Assembly (NCBI GenBank): GCA_044344255.1
Contig: JBIJDH010000006.1
Span: 160,001-224,000, forward strand
Direction of reading: 5' to 3'
From: Myxococcota bacterium
GTDB lineage: Bacteria; Myxococcota_A; UBA796; UBA2385
DNA length: 64,000 nucleotides
Numbering within the stretch: the stretch's first letter is position 1; each line of letters begins with the position of its first letter. The notes beneath the pieces were generated by a model. It made no database searches. It saw nothing but the letters and a program-made list of their open reading frames with translations, and had not been told where the DNA came from. Below, piece after piece: positions 37,091-49,559 of the stretch. Both the position numbers and the translations under genes were made by a program.

Positions 37091-37757
37091 GGCGGAGGCC
37101 CGCGGGGCCGAGCGACCAACGCTCGGCGGAGAAGGCGTGGAGATCGGCCTCGTCGTGGGTGACCAGCACCACCGGCAGCCCGGAGCCCCGGCAGCGCGCC
37201 GCGAGCTCCCGGGCGAGGCGGTCGCGCAGGGGGCGGTCGAGCGCCGAGAAGGGCTCATCCAGCAGGAGCAGGCGGGGTTGAGAGAGCAGGGCCCGTCCGA
37301 GGGCGACCCGCTGCCGCTCGCCGCCCGAGAGGTGTCGTGGCGCCCGTTCGAGCAGGGCGTCTACGCCCAGCCAGCGCGCGATCTCGCTCACCTCGCCCCG
37401 GGCGGCGTACGCGAGGTTCTCCCGCACCGAGAGGTGTGGGAAGAGCGTGGCCTCCTGTGGGACGAGACCGATGCCTCGCTCCCACGGGGGCACGAAGCGC
37501 CCCGCGCCTTGCCAGGGCACGTCCCCGAGCGAGAGCGTGCCCTCCGCCCGCCGCTCCAGCCCGGCGAGGAGGCGGAGCAGGGTGGTCTTGCCCGCCCCCG
37601 AAGGCCCGACCACGCCCACCACCGGCGCGACGCTCTCGAGGCGGAGGTGCGCCGTCCGCCCGCCGATCGTCAGCCGCAGATCGAGCTGCAGCCGCGGGCT
37701 CGACGGAGCGGGCGGGTCGAAGCCCGGTGGGTCGAAGCCTGGCGGGTCAGTCGACAT
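37083..37757 (-). CDS. modC: Molybdate ABC transporter ATP-binding protein (short, no TOBE domain)
   Basis: GPSGAGKT, LFPHLSV, LSGGERQR, LLLDEPF, VTHD. Downstream of modB. Confidence 0.85.
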   Translation of the reverse strand: MSTDPPGFDPPGFDPPAPSSPRLQLDLRLTIGGRTAHLRLESVAPVVGVVGPSGAGKTTLLRLLAGLERRAEGTLSLGDVPWQGAGRFVPPWERGIGLVPQEATLFPHLSVRENLAYAARGEVSEIARWLGVDALLERAPRHLSGGERQRVALGRALLSQPRLLLLDEPFSALDRPLRDRLARELAARCRGSGLPVVLVTHDEADLHAFSAERWSLGPAGLRRD

Positions 37758-38433
37758 CGAGGTCCAGCCTGCGTCGCTGCCAGCGGTTGAGCAGCTCGTA
37801 GCCGAGCAGCGCGGCCGCTGAGAGGGACACGCTCGCGAGGAGCAGGGTCGTGGTCTCGGCCTCGCCGTCGGGGCTGTCGAGCAGGGCGTAGACCGCGAGC
37901 GCGATCGTGCGGGTGCGCCCCTCGATGTTCCCGGCGATGATCGCGGTGGCGCCGAACTCGCCGAGGGCTCTCGCGAAGGCCAGGACCGCGCCCGCGGCCA
38001 CGCCGGGGAGCGCCAGGGGGAGCGTGATGCGCCGCCAAGTGGCGCGGGGCGGCACCCCAAGGGTGAGCGAGAGCTCGGCGTAGCGGGGATCGACCGCCTC
38101 GAAGGCGCCCCGGATGCTCAGCACGTAGAGCGGGAAGCCGACGACCAGCGCCGCGACCCCGGCTCCGAAGAGCGAGAAGCTGATGGGCAGTCCCGCCGCC
38201 TCGAGGAGACCGCCGAGGGGGGTGCTGCGGCCGAAGGCGCGGAGGAGGAGGAGCCCCGTCACCACCGGCGGGAGCACGAGGGGCGCCATGATGATCGCGG
38301 TCAGCAGCGACTTGCCGCGGAAGCGACCCCGCGCCAACAGCCAGCCCGCCCCCACCGCCGGCGCGAGCCCGACCAGGGTGGAGGCGAGGGCCACCACCAG
38401 GGAGAGGCGCACCGCGGAGGCGGGGTCGATCAT
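37747..38433 (-). CDS. modB: Molybdate ABC transporter permease
   Basis: PLVLPPVVTG, FPL, ITLPLA.PG, FARALGEFGAT..AGNIEG.TRT. Confidence 0.92.
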   Translation of the reverse strand: MIDPASAVRLSLVVALASTLVGLAPAVGAGWLLARGRFRGKSLLTAIIMAPLVLPPVVTGLLLLRAFGRSTPLGGLLEAAGLPISFSLFGAGVAALVVGFPLYVLSIRGAFEAVDPRYAELSLTLGVPPRATWRRITLPLALPGVAAGAVLAFARALGEFGATAIIAGNIEGRTRTIALAVYALLDSPDGEAETTTLLLASVSLSAAALLGYELLNRWQRRRLDLDVD

Positions 38434-38492
38434 CCGGCGGGGCCAGGGCGCCGAGGACCGAGCGCCAGGGCAGGGGCGAGGCGGCTGATCAT
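38430..38492 (-). pseudogene. 20-codon ORF in the modA position (possible modA deletion remnant or leader peptide)
   Basis: GGAGG-6nt-ATG, MISRLAPALALGPRRPGPAG*, with the stop overlapping the modB start (ATGA). Confidence 0.45.
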
Positions 38493-38731
38493 CGTGGGCC
38501 TCCGAGTGAGCGGCACGCCCCTAATTGGGGCCGCACCGCGGCGCGGCCGCGGGAGGCGTGAAACGCCGTGGGCGGTTGCGTTGCCTCTGTTTCACAAATG
38601 CTCCACGCCTGTTTCACTCTGTTTCGATGGACCGTCGAGCGGTTTCACCGGTTGAGGGGCGCGGGCATCCGAGTACGGCCCTCACGCGTTCTTCGCGGAG
38701 GGAGCGCGGGGTCGGCCCGCGCCCGAAGCGG

Positions 38732-38747
38732 CGGCACGGCGCTTGCA
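38732..38747 (+). promoter_or_regulatory. Sigma-54 (-24/-12) promoter candidate
   Basis: CGGCAC-GGCGC-TTGCA, about 55 nt before the ATG at 38803. Upstream TGTTTCAC repeats. Confidence 0.7.
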
Positions 38748-38802
38748 AAGGTGTTCAGCGCCAGTGGGGGGCGGACGTCGCCCTCCCGCACCCGGAGCCC
38801 TC

Positions 38803-39684
38803 ATGTCCACCGCCTCCCGCGCCGATTCCCTCCAGGTCGAGCGCTTCTTCGATGCCCGCACCTGGACCCTGACCTACCTCGTCTACGATCCCACCTCGAA
38901 AGACGCGGTGATCATCGATCCAGTCCACGACTACGATCCGCTTCGCGTGAAGTTCTTCGAGGAGTCGATCGCCGGGTACATCGCGCGCATCGAGGCCCTG
39001 GGCCTCAAGCTCCACTGGTCGCTCGAGACGCACGCCCACGCCGATCACATCAGCGCCGGCGTGATCCTCCGCGAGCGGCTCGGGGCTCGCCTCGCCATCG
39101 GCGCCGCCATCACGGGGGTTCAAGGGTTCTTCGCAGGGGTCTTCGGCCGCCGTGACATCTCGACGGACGGCAGCCAGTTCGACCAGCTCCTGCAGGGCGG
39201 CGACGTGCTGGAGGCCGGCTCTCTCTCGGTGAACGTCCTCGCGACCCCCGGCCACACCCCGGCCTGCGTGACCTTTCAGGTGGGCGACGCGATCTTCACC
39301 GGCGATGCCCTGTTCATGCCCGACTACGGCACCGGGCGCTGTGACTTCCCGAAGGGCAGCGCCGCCGCGCTCTACCGCTCGATCCGGTCCCTCTACACCC
39401 TGCCGGACGAGACCCGCGTGTTTGTCGGTCACGACTACCAGCCCGGCGGCCGCCCCGTCGCCTGGGAGACCACCATCGGCGCCTCGAAGCGGGAGAACAT
39501 CCAGCTCCGGGCCGACACCTCCGAGGCCGACTACGTACGCTTCCGCACCGAGCGCGACGCCAAGCTGGCGCCGCCGAACCTCATCTTCCAGTCGATCCAG
39601 TGCAACATCGACGCCGGCCGCCTGCCGCCCGCTGGTCCCGATGGCCTCCGGCGCCTCACCTTGCCCGTAGGTCTCTTCCCCTGA
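38803..39684 (+). CDS. MBL-fold persulfide dioxygenase (ETHE1/Blh-like)
   Basis: IIDPV, ETHAHADH, TPGHT, TGDALF, GTGRCDF, VGHDY, RDA.L..P.L. Confidence 0.9.
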   Translation: MSTASRADSLQVERFFDARTWTLTYLVYDPTSKDAVIIDPVHDYDPLRVKFFEESIAGYIARIEALGLKLHWSLETHAHADHISAGVILRERLGARLAIGAAITGVQGFFAGVFGRRDISTDGSQFDQLLQGGDVLEAGSLSVNVLATPGHTPACVTFQVGDAIFTGDALFMPDYGTGRCDFPKGSAAALYRSIRSLYTLPDETRVFVGHDYQPGGRPVAWETTIGASKRENIQLRADTSEADYVRFRTERDAKLAPPNLIFQSIQCNIDAGRLPPAGPDGLRRLTLPVGLFP

Positions 39685-39947
39685 CGGTCCTCCGAGGTCA
39701 CGGCTCTTCTCACCGCTCTTTTCTCGATGCGCTTTTCTCACAAATCGAGAGGACAAGTGGAGGACGATCGGATACTGGTGGAGTGCCCCCCCGGGAGGGG
39801 AGGCACCCCCAAGCCAAAGTGACGGTTCTTCCGAGCCACTTGGGACAGGGCGCTCGATAGGACCCGGAGAGGCTGTGTCCATGGAGATGTTCCCACGGGG
39901 GAGAATCGCGCCGCTCTCTGGCGCAGGCAACGTAGGTGAAGATCGAC

Positions 39948-40421
39948 ATGGGCAAGAAGCTTTTCGTGGGTGGTTTGAGCTGGAACACGACCGATGCTGG
40001 CCTCAAGGAGGCCTTCTCTCGGTACGGTGATGTGACCGACGCCAAGGTCATCACGGATCGCGAGACCGGGCGCAGCCGCGGCTTCGGGTTCGTCACCTTC
40101 TCGGCTGACGCCTCTGCGGCTGACGCCATCGCCGGAATGGACGGCAAGGCCCTCGACGGACGCACCCTCAAGGTGAACGAAGCCGAAGAGCGTCGTGACA
40201 GCCGCGGCGGCGGCGGCGGCGGCGGGTTCGGCGGCGGCGGCGGCGGCGGTGGTGGTCGCGGTGGCGGCGGCGGTGGCTACCGCGGTGACCGTGGCGGCGA
40301 TCGCGGTGGCGATCGCGGCGGGCGCGGCGGCGGCTACGGCGGCGGCGGCGGTCGTGACGGCGGCGGCTACGGCGGCGGCGGCGGCGGCGGCGGCTACGGC
40401 GGCGGCGGCGATCGCTGGTGA
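39948..40421 (+). CDS. RRM RNA-binding protein with long Gly/Arg/Tyr-rich tail
   Basis: RNP2 LFVGGL, RNP1 RGFGFVTF, LDGRTLKVNEA, and a tail of RGG/GGY repeats. Confidence 0.95.
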   Translation: MGKKLFVGGLSWNTTDAGLKEAFSRYGDVTDAKVITDRETGRSRGFGFVTFSADASAADAIAGMDGKALDGRTLKVNEAEERRDSRGGGGGGGFGGGGGGGGGRGGGGGGYRGDRGGDRGGDRGGRGGGYGGGGGRDGGGYGGGGGGGGYGGGGDRW

Positions 40422-40465
40422 GCTCGCGTCGCCTCCGGGCGATCCCTCGATAGAGGGCTGCGAGA

Positions 40466-40510
40466 CAGGGACCCTGCAAGGCTTCGGCCTTGCGGGGTCT
40501 CCTGCTTTTT
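40466..40510 (+). terminator. Rho-independent terminator
   Basis: GACCCTGCAAGGC-TTCG-GCCTTGCGGGGTC stem with a cUUCGg loop, followed by TTTTT. Confidence 0.85.
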
Positions 40511-40542
40511 GGGGCTGAAGGGTCACCGTCGCGGCGCGCGGC

Positions 40543-41045
40543 CTAACGGTCGGGCCAGGCCGTAGAGCCGTTGTGACGACGCAGGTGCCGGGCTCCCCCC
40601 AGCACGGGGCCCATGCTGAGCGCGAGGAACAGCAGCGGCTTCGCCCAGCCGAAGCTGCGCACGTCGGCCTCGACCGCGACCAGGCCGGCGAAGGCCCAGC
40701 CCACTGCCCAGCTCAGCACGACGATCAGCCAGCGCTGGCGCCGCGCGGCCCGCGGGAGGGCGCGCCGGGGATCGGCGGGGTCGAGCTGCTCCCAGGTGGG
40801 GAGCTCGGGGTCCGGCTGTAACGAGACCCGACCCCCGCCCCAAACGGTGAGCCCTGCCACCGCGAGGAGGGGGAGGGGCGTCAGCAGCAGGCTCGCGCTC
40901 CCTCCGCCCATCACGAGGGCGAAGTTGAGGGCGGACATCGTGAGGCCGGCGAGCCCGACGAGGCCGCCCGCGGCGAAGAAGAGCGCCTTCCGGCGGCGCC
41001 GGTCCGAGAGCTCCTCCTCTCGGCTCTCCGGCCAGCCGGGCTCCA

Positions 41046-41046
<1 letters not shown>
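40543..41046 (-). CDS. Hypothetical 4-TM membrane protein
   Basis: ATG overlaps the gcvP stop (TGATG); four hydrophobic segments. Confidence 0.6.
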
Positions 41047-43898
<2,852 letters not shown>

Positions 43899-43993
43899 CG
43901 GGACCTCCGAAGGGTGCGGTTCCTACCATGGCGGAGCACGGGTGCCCACGCGCGGTGGCGCGGTTAGTCAGGAGGCCCTCCTGGAGCGCCATC

Positions 43994-45106
43994 GTGTCCA
44001 CGCCGAGCTCGGGCCCCATCAAGCGGACCCCTTTCTACTCCTTCCATCAGGCCGCCGGGGCGCGCCTCATCGACTTCGGCGGATGGGAGCTCCCGGTACA
44101 GTACGAGGGGATCCTCGCCGAGCACAAGCGGGTCCGCGAGCAGGTGGGGCTCTTCGACGTCTCGCACATGGGTGAGATCCGGGTCCGCGGGCCGCGGGCG
44201 CTCGAGGCGGTACGCTACCTCGTGTGTAACGATCTGCGAATCAGTCAGGGGCAGGCTCAGTATTCTCCCATGTGTAACGAAGACGGAGGCATCGTTGACG
44301 ACCTCATCGTCTACAAGTATTCCGACGATCACGTCTTCATCTGTGTGAACGCCGCCAACCGCGACAAGGACTTCGCGTGGATGGTCGCCCACAACCCATT
44401 CCCTGACGCCGCGACCTTCACCGACGAAGGGGATCAGTGGGCGCAGGTCGCCCTCCAGGGGCGCTTCGCGGCCGCGACGCTCCAGAAGCTGACGGCGATC
44501 GACCTCTCGCACATCAAGAACTACTGGTTCGCCGACGGCGCGGTCGCTGGGGTCGAGGGCTGCATCGTCGCCCGCACCGGCTACACCGGCGAGGACGGCT
44601 TCGAGATCTTCCTCCCCGTCTCGGGCGCCTCCACGATCTGGCCGGCCCTCCTCGAGGCGGGCGCCGAGCACGGCCTCGCTCCCATCGGCCTCGGCGCGCG
44701 CGACACGCTGCGCCTCGAGGCCAAGATGTGCCTCTACGGCAACGACATCGACGACACCACGACGCCGCTTGAGGCCAACCTCGCCTGGACGGTGAAGCTG
44801 GAGGGCCACGACTTCATCGGCAAGGGGCCCATCCTTGCCCAGCGTCAGGCCGGTGTCCCCCGCCGGCTCGTCTGCCTCGAGGTGGACGGCCGCATTGGGC
44901 GTCACGGCAACAACGTGGTGCACGACGGAGCGGTCGTGGGGGTGGTGACCTCCGGCACCAAGGCTCCGACCGTCAACGCCAACATCGCCATCGCCTATGT
45001 GCCGGCCGCCCTCGCCGCGGTGGGCACCCGCGTGGAGGTCGATGTTCGCGGCAAGCTGGCCGACGCCGTGGTCGTCAAGGGCCCCTTCTACAAGCGCAAT
45101 TACTGA
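43994..45106 (+). CDS. gcvT: Aminomethyltransferase, glycine cleavage T protein
   Basis: [46 protein letters not shown]. Confidence 0.97.
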   Translation: MSTPSSGPIKRTPFYSFHQAAGARLIDFGGWELPVQYEGILAEHKRVREQVGLFDVSHMGEIRVRGPRALEAVRYLVCNDLRISQGQAQYSPMCNEDGGIVDDLIVYKYSDDHVFICVNAANRDKDFAWMVAHNPFPDAATFTDEGDQWAQVALQGRFAAATLQKLTAIDLSHIKNYWFADGAVAGVEGCIVARTGYTGEDGFEIFLPVSGASTIWPALLEAGAEHGLAPIGLGARDTLRLEAKMCLYGNDIDDTTTPLEANLAWTVKLEGHDFIGKGPILAQRQAGVPRRLVCLEVDGRIGRHGNNVVHDGAVVGVVTSGTKAPTVNANIAIAYVPAALAAVGTRVEVDVRGKLADAVVVKGPFYKRNY

Positions 45107-45147
45107 CCTCTCGCCTCTGTTCAGCCACACCCATCGAGGACCGCCCC

Positions 45148-45534
45148 ATGTCCAACCCCGCCGAACTGCTCTACTCGAAGTCGCACGAATGGACCCGCAT
45201 CGAGGGGGACACCGCCACCTGCGGCATCACCCACCACGCCCAGGCGGCCCTCGGCGACGTGGTCCACGTCGAGCTCCCGAGCGTCGGCGACGACGCCAGC
45301 AAGGGCAGCAGCGTGGGTGAGATCGAGTCCGTGAAGGCGGTGAGCGACATCTACGCCCCGGTCTCCGGAGAGGTTGTCGGCGTCAACGAGGCGCTCGATG
45401 ACAGCCCGGAGGACGTCAACGCCGACCCCTACGGCAAGGGCTGGCTCTTCAAGATCCAGCTCTCGGACAAGTCAGAGCTAAACGGCCTGATGAGCGCCGC
45501 CGACTACGAAGACCTCCTCGCTGCCGAGGGCTGA
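45148..45534 (+). CDS. gcvH: Glycine cleavage H protein
   Basis: HEW, GITHHAQ..LGD, lipoyl motif [14 protein letters not shown]. Confidence 0.97.
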   Translation: MSNPAELLYSKSHEWTRIEGDTATCGITHHAQAALGDVVHVELPSVGDDASKGSSVGEIESVKAVSDIYAPVSGEVVGVNEALDDSPEDVNADPYGKGWLFKIQLSDKSELNGLMSAADYEDLLAAEG

Positions 45535-45537
45535 GCC

Positions 45538-46128
45538 TCAGCGTCGGAAGACGAGGCTCAGGTTGTTCGCCGGCATGGCGACCCGGGCCTCGACCTGCAG
45601 CCCCGCGGCCTGCGCAGCCTCCTCGACGGCCTCGCGGTCGCGGACGCCGTACTCGGCGCTCAGCGTGTGGAGCCAATGCTCAAAGGTGGCGTTGGAGGGG
45701 GCGGTGTGGCGCCCCTCCTCCTTGAAGGGACCGTACACGTACAGCACGCCGCCGGGGGCGAGGCGGCGGGCGGCGCCGCGCATCAGGCCGAGGGTCGTCG
45801 ACCACGGTGAGATGTGCAGCAGGTTGATCGCGAGGATGGCGTCTGCGCGCTCGATCGGCCAGGCGCCGTGCGCGGCGTCGAGGTTGAGCGGCTCCAGGAG
45901 GTTGCCGAGCCCAGCCTCGTCGGACCAGGCTTGGATGCTGGTCCGCGCCTGGGGATCGAGATCCGAGGGCTGCCACAGCAGGCCGGGGAAGTTTCGCGCG
46001 AAGGCCACCGCGTGCTGACCGCTGCCAGAGGCCACCTCGAGCACGAGCCCGGTGGGCGGCAGGATGGCCTCGAGCACGTGGCGGATCGCCTCTCGGTTTC
46101 TCTCCGTAGCGGGGGCGTGCTGTTTCAT
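45538..46128 (-). CDS. DUF938 family SAM-dependent methyltransferase
   Basis: APATERNR, LEVASGSGQH, WQPSD, INLLHISPW, YGPF, MPANN. Confidence 0.9.
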   Translation of the reverse strand: MKQHAPATERNREAIRHVLEAILPPTGLVLEVASGSGQHAVAFARNFPGLLWQPSDLDPQARTSIQAWSDEAGLGNLLEPLNLDAAHGAWPIERADAILAINLLHISPWSTTLGLMRGAARRLAPGGVLYVYGPFKEEGRHTAPSNATFEHWLHTLSAEYGVRDREAVEEAAQAAGLQVEARVAMPANNLSLVFRR

Positions 46129-46267
46129 CGGGGCGGTCCTTTCGGCATGGGGGGCGAGCGGGGCGGGCGGGGCGCTCGGCCCGTCTGTAGCCCGGGGCTG
46201 GGGAGCGTGGGCGTCGGCTGGACTGCGCTGCGGCGCCTTGCTAAGACGGCGGCCCCGGAGAGCGATC

Positions 46268-47557
46268 ATGTCCAGTCGAGTCTTTGTCGCAGATCTACCG
46301 CAGCACTTTGGCCAAGAGGTCACCCTCTGTGGCTGGATTCGGCGTTACCGCGAGACGAAGTCCACCACGTTCATCGTGGTCCAGGACACCTCTGGGCTCG
46401 TACAGGTCGTGGCGGGGCCCCAGCAGGTGGCCGGCCTCGGCTTGAAGACCGAGGACTGCATCCGCCTCCAGGGCAAGGTGCGAGAAGAGCCTCGCTCCCG
46501 TACGGGCTTCGAGGTCGACTTCATCTCCGTGGAGGTGCTGAACCCCTCTGCGGCAGACCTGCCTTTTGCCTCTGGGACTGACCTCTCGAAGGTCGGCCAG
46601 GAGACGGTCCTCGACTACCGTCCCCTCTCGCTCCGCACGGATCGCGGCGGCGCGACCTTCAAGGTGCAGGCGGCCCTCATCGAGGGCTTCCGCGCGGCGC
46701 TGCGTCGCCGTCGGTTCACCGAGATCTTCTCCTCGAAGATCGTCGCTACCGGCACCGAGGGCGGCACCAACCTCTTTGAGATCAAGTACTTCGAGCGCAC
46801 CGCCTACCTCGCGCAGAGCCCGCAGTTCTACAAGGAGCACGGCGTCGCCGGCCTCGAGCGGGTCTTCGAGACGGGGCATGTGTACCGTGCCGAGCCCCAC
46901 GCCACGAGCCGCCACCTCACCGAGTACTACTCGCTCGACTTCGAGATGGGCTTCATCGACGGCCCGCATGACATCATGCAGGTGGAGCGCGAGATCCTGA
47001 GCGAGATGTTCGAGGATGTTCGTCGTAACTTCGAGGCTGAGCTCAAGCTCTTCGACGCCTACCTCCCCTCGATGATGAACGTCCCCGCCTGGACCTTCGA
47101 GGAGTGTATCGATCGCCTCAAGACCGTTCACGGGCGGACAGACCTCGTGGACGACCTCGACCCCGAAGGCGAGCGCCAGCTCTGCAAGATGGCCGAGGCC
47201 GAGACCGGCGTGAGCGCGGTCTTCGTGTTCGGCTTCCCGATGACCCAGCGGCCCTTCTACACCCACCCGCTGGCCGGCGGCACCCACGCCGCAGGCTTCG
47301 ACCTCCTCTTCCGCGGCCTCGAGATCACGACCGGCGGCCAGCGCCTGCACCGCCGGGCCGACCTCGAAGACTCGCTGCGCCGCCGCGGCATCGACCCCGT
47401 GAACTTCGAGGGCCACCTCCGCATGTTCGACCTCGGCATGCCCCCACACGGCGGCCTCGCCATCGGCGCCGAGCGCCTGACCGGTCAGGTGCTCGGTCTG
47501 CAGAACGTCCGCGAGGCGACCCTCTACCCGCGCGACCGCGTCCGCGTCACGCCCTGA
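46268..47557 (+). CDS. aspS: Short archaeal/eukaryotic-type aspartyl-tRNA synthetase (AspRS2-like)
   Basis: About 430 aa. OB anticodon domain, TEGG..LF..KYF..AYLAQSPQ.YK, YRAE...SRHLTEY, FDLLFRGLEITTGGQR, GMPPHGG.AIG.ERL. No GAD insertion. Confidence 0.88.
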   Translation: MSSRVFVADLPQHFGQEVTLCGWIRRYRETKSTTFIVVQDTSGLVQVVAGPQQVAGLGLKTEDCIRLQGKVREEPRSRTGFEVDFISVEVLNPSAADLPFASGTDLSKVGQETVLDYRPLSLRTDRGGATFKVQAALIEGFRAALRRRRFTEIFSSKIVATGTEGGTNLFEIKYFERTAYLAQSPQFYKEHGVAGLERVFETGHVYRAEPHATSRHLTEYYSLDFEMGFIDGPHDIMQVEREILSEMFEDVRRNFEAELKLFDAYLPSMMNVPAWTFEECIDRLKTVHGRTDLVDDLDPEGERQLCKMAEAETGVSAVFVFGFPMTQRPFYTHPLAGGTHAAGFDLLFRGLEITTGGQRLHRRADLEDSLRRRGIDPVNFEGHLRMFDLGMPPHGGLAIGAERLTGQVLGLQNVREATLYPRDRVRVTP

Positions 47558-47578
47558 GCGCAGGCGGGCGCGGCGGGG

Positions 47579-48322
47579 TCAGCCCTCGGTGGGGCTCGGC
47601 TCCGCGCTTCCGCCTCCGTCGCCCGGCTCCACGGTGATGGGCTCATCACCCCCCGGCATGGGCTCCTCGTAGACGGGGGGCCCATCGTCGGTCTGGAGTG
47701 CGCCGTCGAGGGCGAAGGTGAAGGTGCAGACGAGGTCGGGCTCCTCGATGACCAGCTCGAGGTCACCCACGAGGTGGTCGGCCGCGACGACGTCGGCCTC
47801 GAAGCCCACCCACATCAGCGACTCAGCAGACGGCGCGGGCTCCTCCGGGCGCTCGTCGCGGGGCTCTTCGCAGCCGTCGGAGCCGTCGGAGCCGTCGGAG
47901 CCGTCGGAGCTGTCGGCTCCCGCGCAGTCCTCGGAGCCCTCGGAGCCCTCGGAGTCCTCGGTGCCAACGGGCTCCGGCTGGGGCTCCGGAGTGGGAGCGC
48001 CGTCAATCCGCATCGAGCCCGCGGCCCAGAGCGCCGATCCCTCCCGGGCGCCGCTCATGTGAAGGCCGTCGACGTTGACGTCGAGGCCGCGGTCACCGAC
48101 GAAGCGCAGGGTCGCGCCCAGCTCGGGGGCCTCCCCTCCCACCTCGAGGCCCATCCGCTCCGCGCAGGCGCGGCTGCTGGCGGCGTCGGAGAGGGTGAAG
48201 AGCCAACGCCCCTCTTCGAGCGAGGCGGGAGGAGCCGGCTCGCCGACCAGGGGCACGGTGATGGGCGGACAGGCGGCAAGGAGGGGCAAGAGGGCGAGGA
48301 AAGCGACGTTCATGCTTCGCAT
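47579..48322 (-). CDS. Acidic hypothetical lipoprotein
   Basis: Lipobox LAAC; SEG/SDG repeat insert. Confidence 0.65.
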   Translation of the reverse strand: MRSMNVAFLALLPLLAACPPITVPLVGEPAPPASLEEGRWLFTLSDAASSRACAERMGLEVGGEAPELGATLRFVGDRGLDVNVDGLHMSGAREGSALWAAGSMRIDGAPTPEPQPEPVGTEDSEGSEGSEDCAGADSSDGSDGSDGSDGCEEPRDERPEEPAPSAESLMWVGFEADVVAADHLVGDLELVIEEPDLVCTFTFALDGALQTDDGPPVYEEPMPGGDEPITVEPGDGGGSAEPSPTEG

Positions 48323-48353
48323 TTGAGTCTCCGGGGGTTGCGGAGATACCCTA

Positions 48354-48369
48354 TGCATGCGCCGTGCCA
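48354..48369 (-). promoter_or_regulatory. Sigma-54 promoter candidate
   Basis: Minus strand TGGCAC-GGCGC-ATGCA, about 30-40 nt upstream of the lipoprotein start, with an AT-richer tract upstream. Confidence 0.65.
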
Positions 48370-48474
48370 CTCCTGTAAGTTACTGGAATTACGGGATCGG
48401 TGCCCTCCGCGGCAGGTCGGCGAGGAGGAGACCGCGACACGCCCGCCAGGGCCCCACGAGGCCGCAGGCGCGGC

Positions 48475-49449
48475 TCAGGGGCGGAGCAGCGGGTGGCGTC
48501 GCGCGCGGAGCTGGTCGAGCCAGCCGGGGGGCGCCGCCGCGTCCATCGGCGGCGGAGGCTGGCCGGCGAGGACGGCCGCCGTGGCGGCGATGCCCTCGCG
48601 CAGGTTCTCGAGCGAGTAGCCGCCCTCGAGCACGGCGAGGGTGGGCATGCGGGAGACGATGACCCCCCACATCGCGGCGAGGCCGCGGGGGCTGAGGCGC
48701 ATGTCGCCGAGGGGGTCACCGGCGAGGGCGTCGTAGCCGGCGGAGAGGACGCAGCAGTCGGGCCGGAAGCGGTCGAGGGCGGGGAGCAGGAGCTCTCGGA
48801 CCGCGGCCTGGGCGTGGCCGTCCCCGGCGCCGGGCGGCATCGGCAGGTTCAAGGTCGCGCCGAGGCCGGCGCCCCTGCCCGTCGCCGTGGCGGCGCCGGT
48901 GCCGGGGTAGTAGGGCCAGCGGTGGCAGGAGACATAGAGCACATCGGGCTCTTCGTAGAAGATCTCCTCCGTGCCGTTGCCGTGGTGGACGTCGGGATCA
49001 AAGACCAGCACCCGCCTCCCGGCCCGTCGGAGGCGCTCGGCGGCGAGGGCGGCGTTGTTGAAGAGGCAGAAGCCCATCGCCCGCGAGCGGGTGGCGTGGT
49101 GCCCGGGCGGCCGGCAAAGGACGAAGGAGGGCTCGCCGGCGAGCAGGAGGTCGGCGGCGTCAAGGGCGGCCCCGGCGGCGCAGCGGGCCGCGGTGACCGA
49201 GCCCATCGACGTCACGGTGTCGGGGTCGAAGAGCCGGGTCTCGCCGTCGGCGCGGAGCACGTCCTCCACGTGGGCCGGGTCGTGCACGAGGCAGAGCTCC
49301 TCCGGAGCGGCGAGGCGGACCGGTCGCGCGCGGAGGGTCAAGCCGACCAGCCCCGCTCGCGCGCCCCGGAGGCGGCCGGGGTGCTCGGGGTGTTCCGGCC
49401 CAGGGTCATGTTCATCGAAGCGCGGGTCGTCAAAGATGGAGAGGATCAT
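48475..49449 (-). CDS. Histone deacetylase family (AcuC/AphA-like) amidohydrolase
   Basis: HPE.P.RL, RPPGHHA, GFCLFNN, D.DVHHGNGT, SAGYD...DPL, LEGGY. Confidence 0.93.
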   Translation of the reverse strand: MILSIFDDPRFDEHDPGPEHPEHPGRLRGARAGLVGLTLRARPVRLAAPEELCLVHDPAHVEDVLRADGETRLFDPDTVTSMGSVTAARCAAGAALDAADLLLAGEPSFVLCRPPGHHATRSRAMGFCLFNNAALAAERLRRAGRRVLVFDPDVHHGNGTEEIFYEEPDVLYVSCHRWPYYPGTGAATATGRGAGLGATLNLPMPPGAGDGHAQAAVRELLLPALDRFRPDCCVLSAGYDALAGDPLGDMRLSPRGLAAMWGVIVSRMPTLAVLEGGYSLENLREGIAATAAVLAGQPPPPMDAAAPPGWLDQLRARRHPLLRP

Positions 49450-49559
49450 CGGTGAACTTCACCAGCCGGGATGTTGCATGGGAGCTCGGGTGTATGTACA
49501 TTCGTCAAGAAATCATCAAGTCGTTTCGATCAGGACCTCGCAAACCAGGACCTCCCACC

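Noticed and set aside
43899..43993. Glycine riboswitch ahead of the gcv genes
   Set aside because: Only 95 nt, with no recognisable aptamer motifs on either strand.
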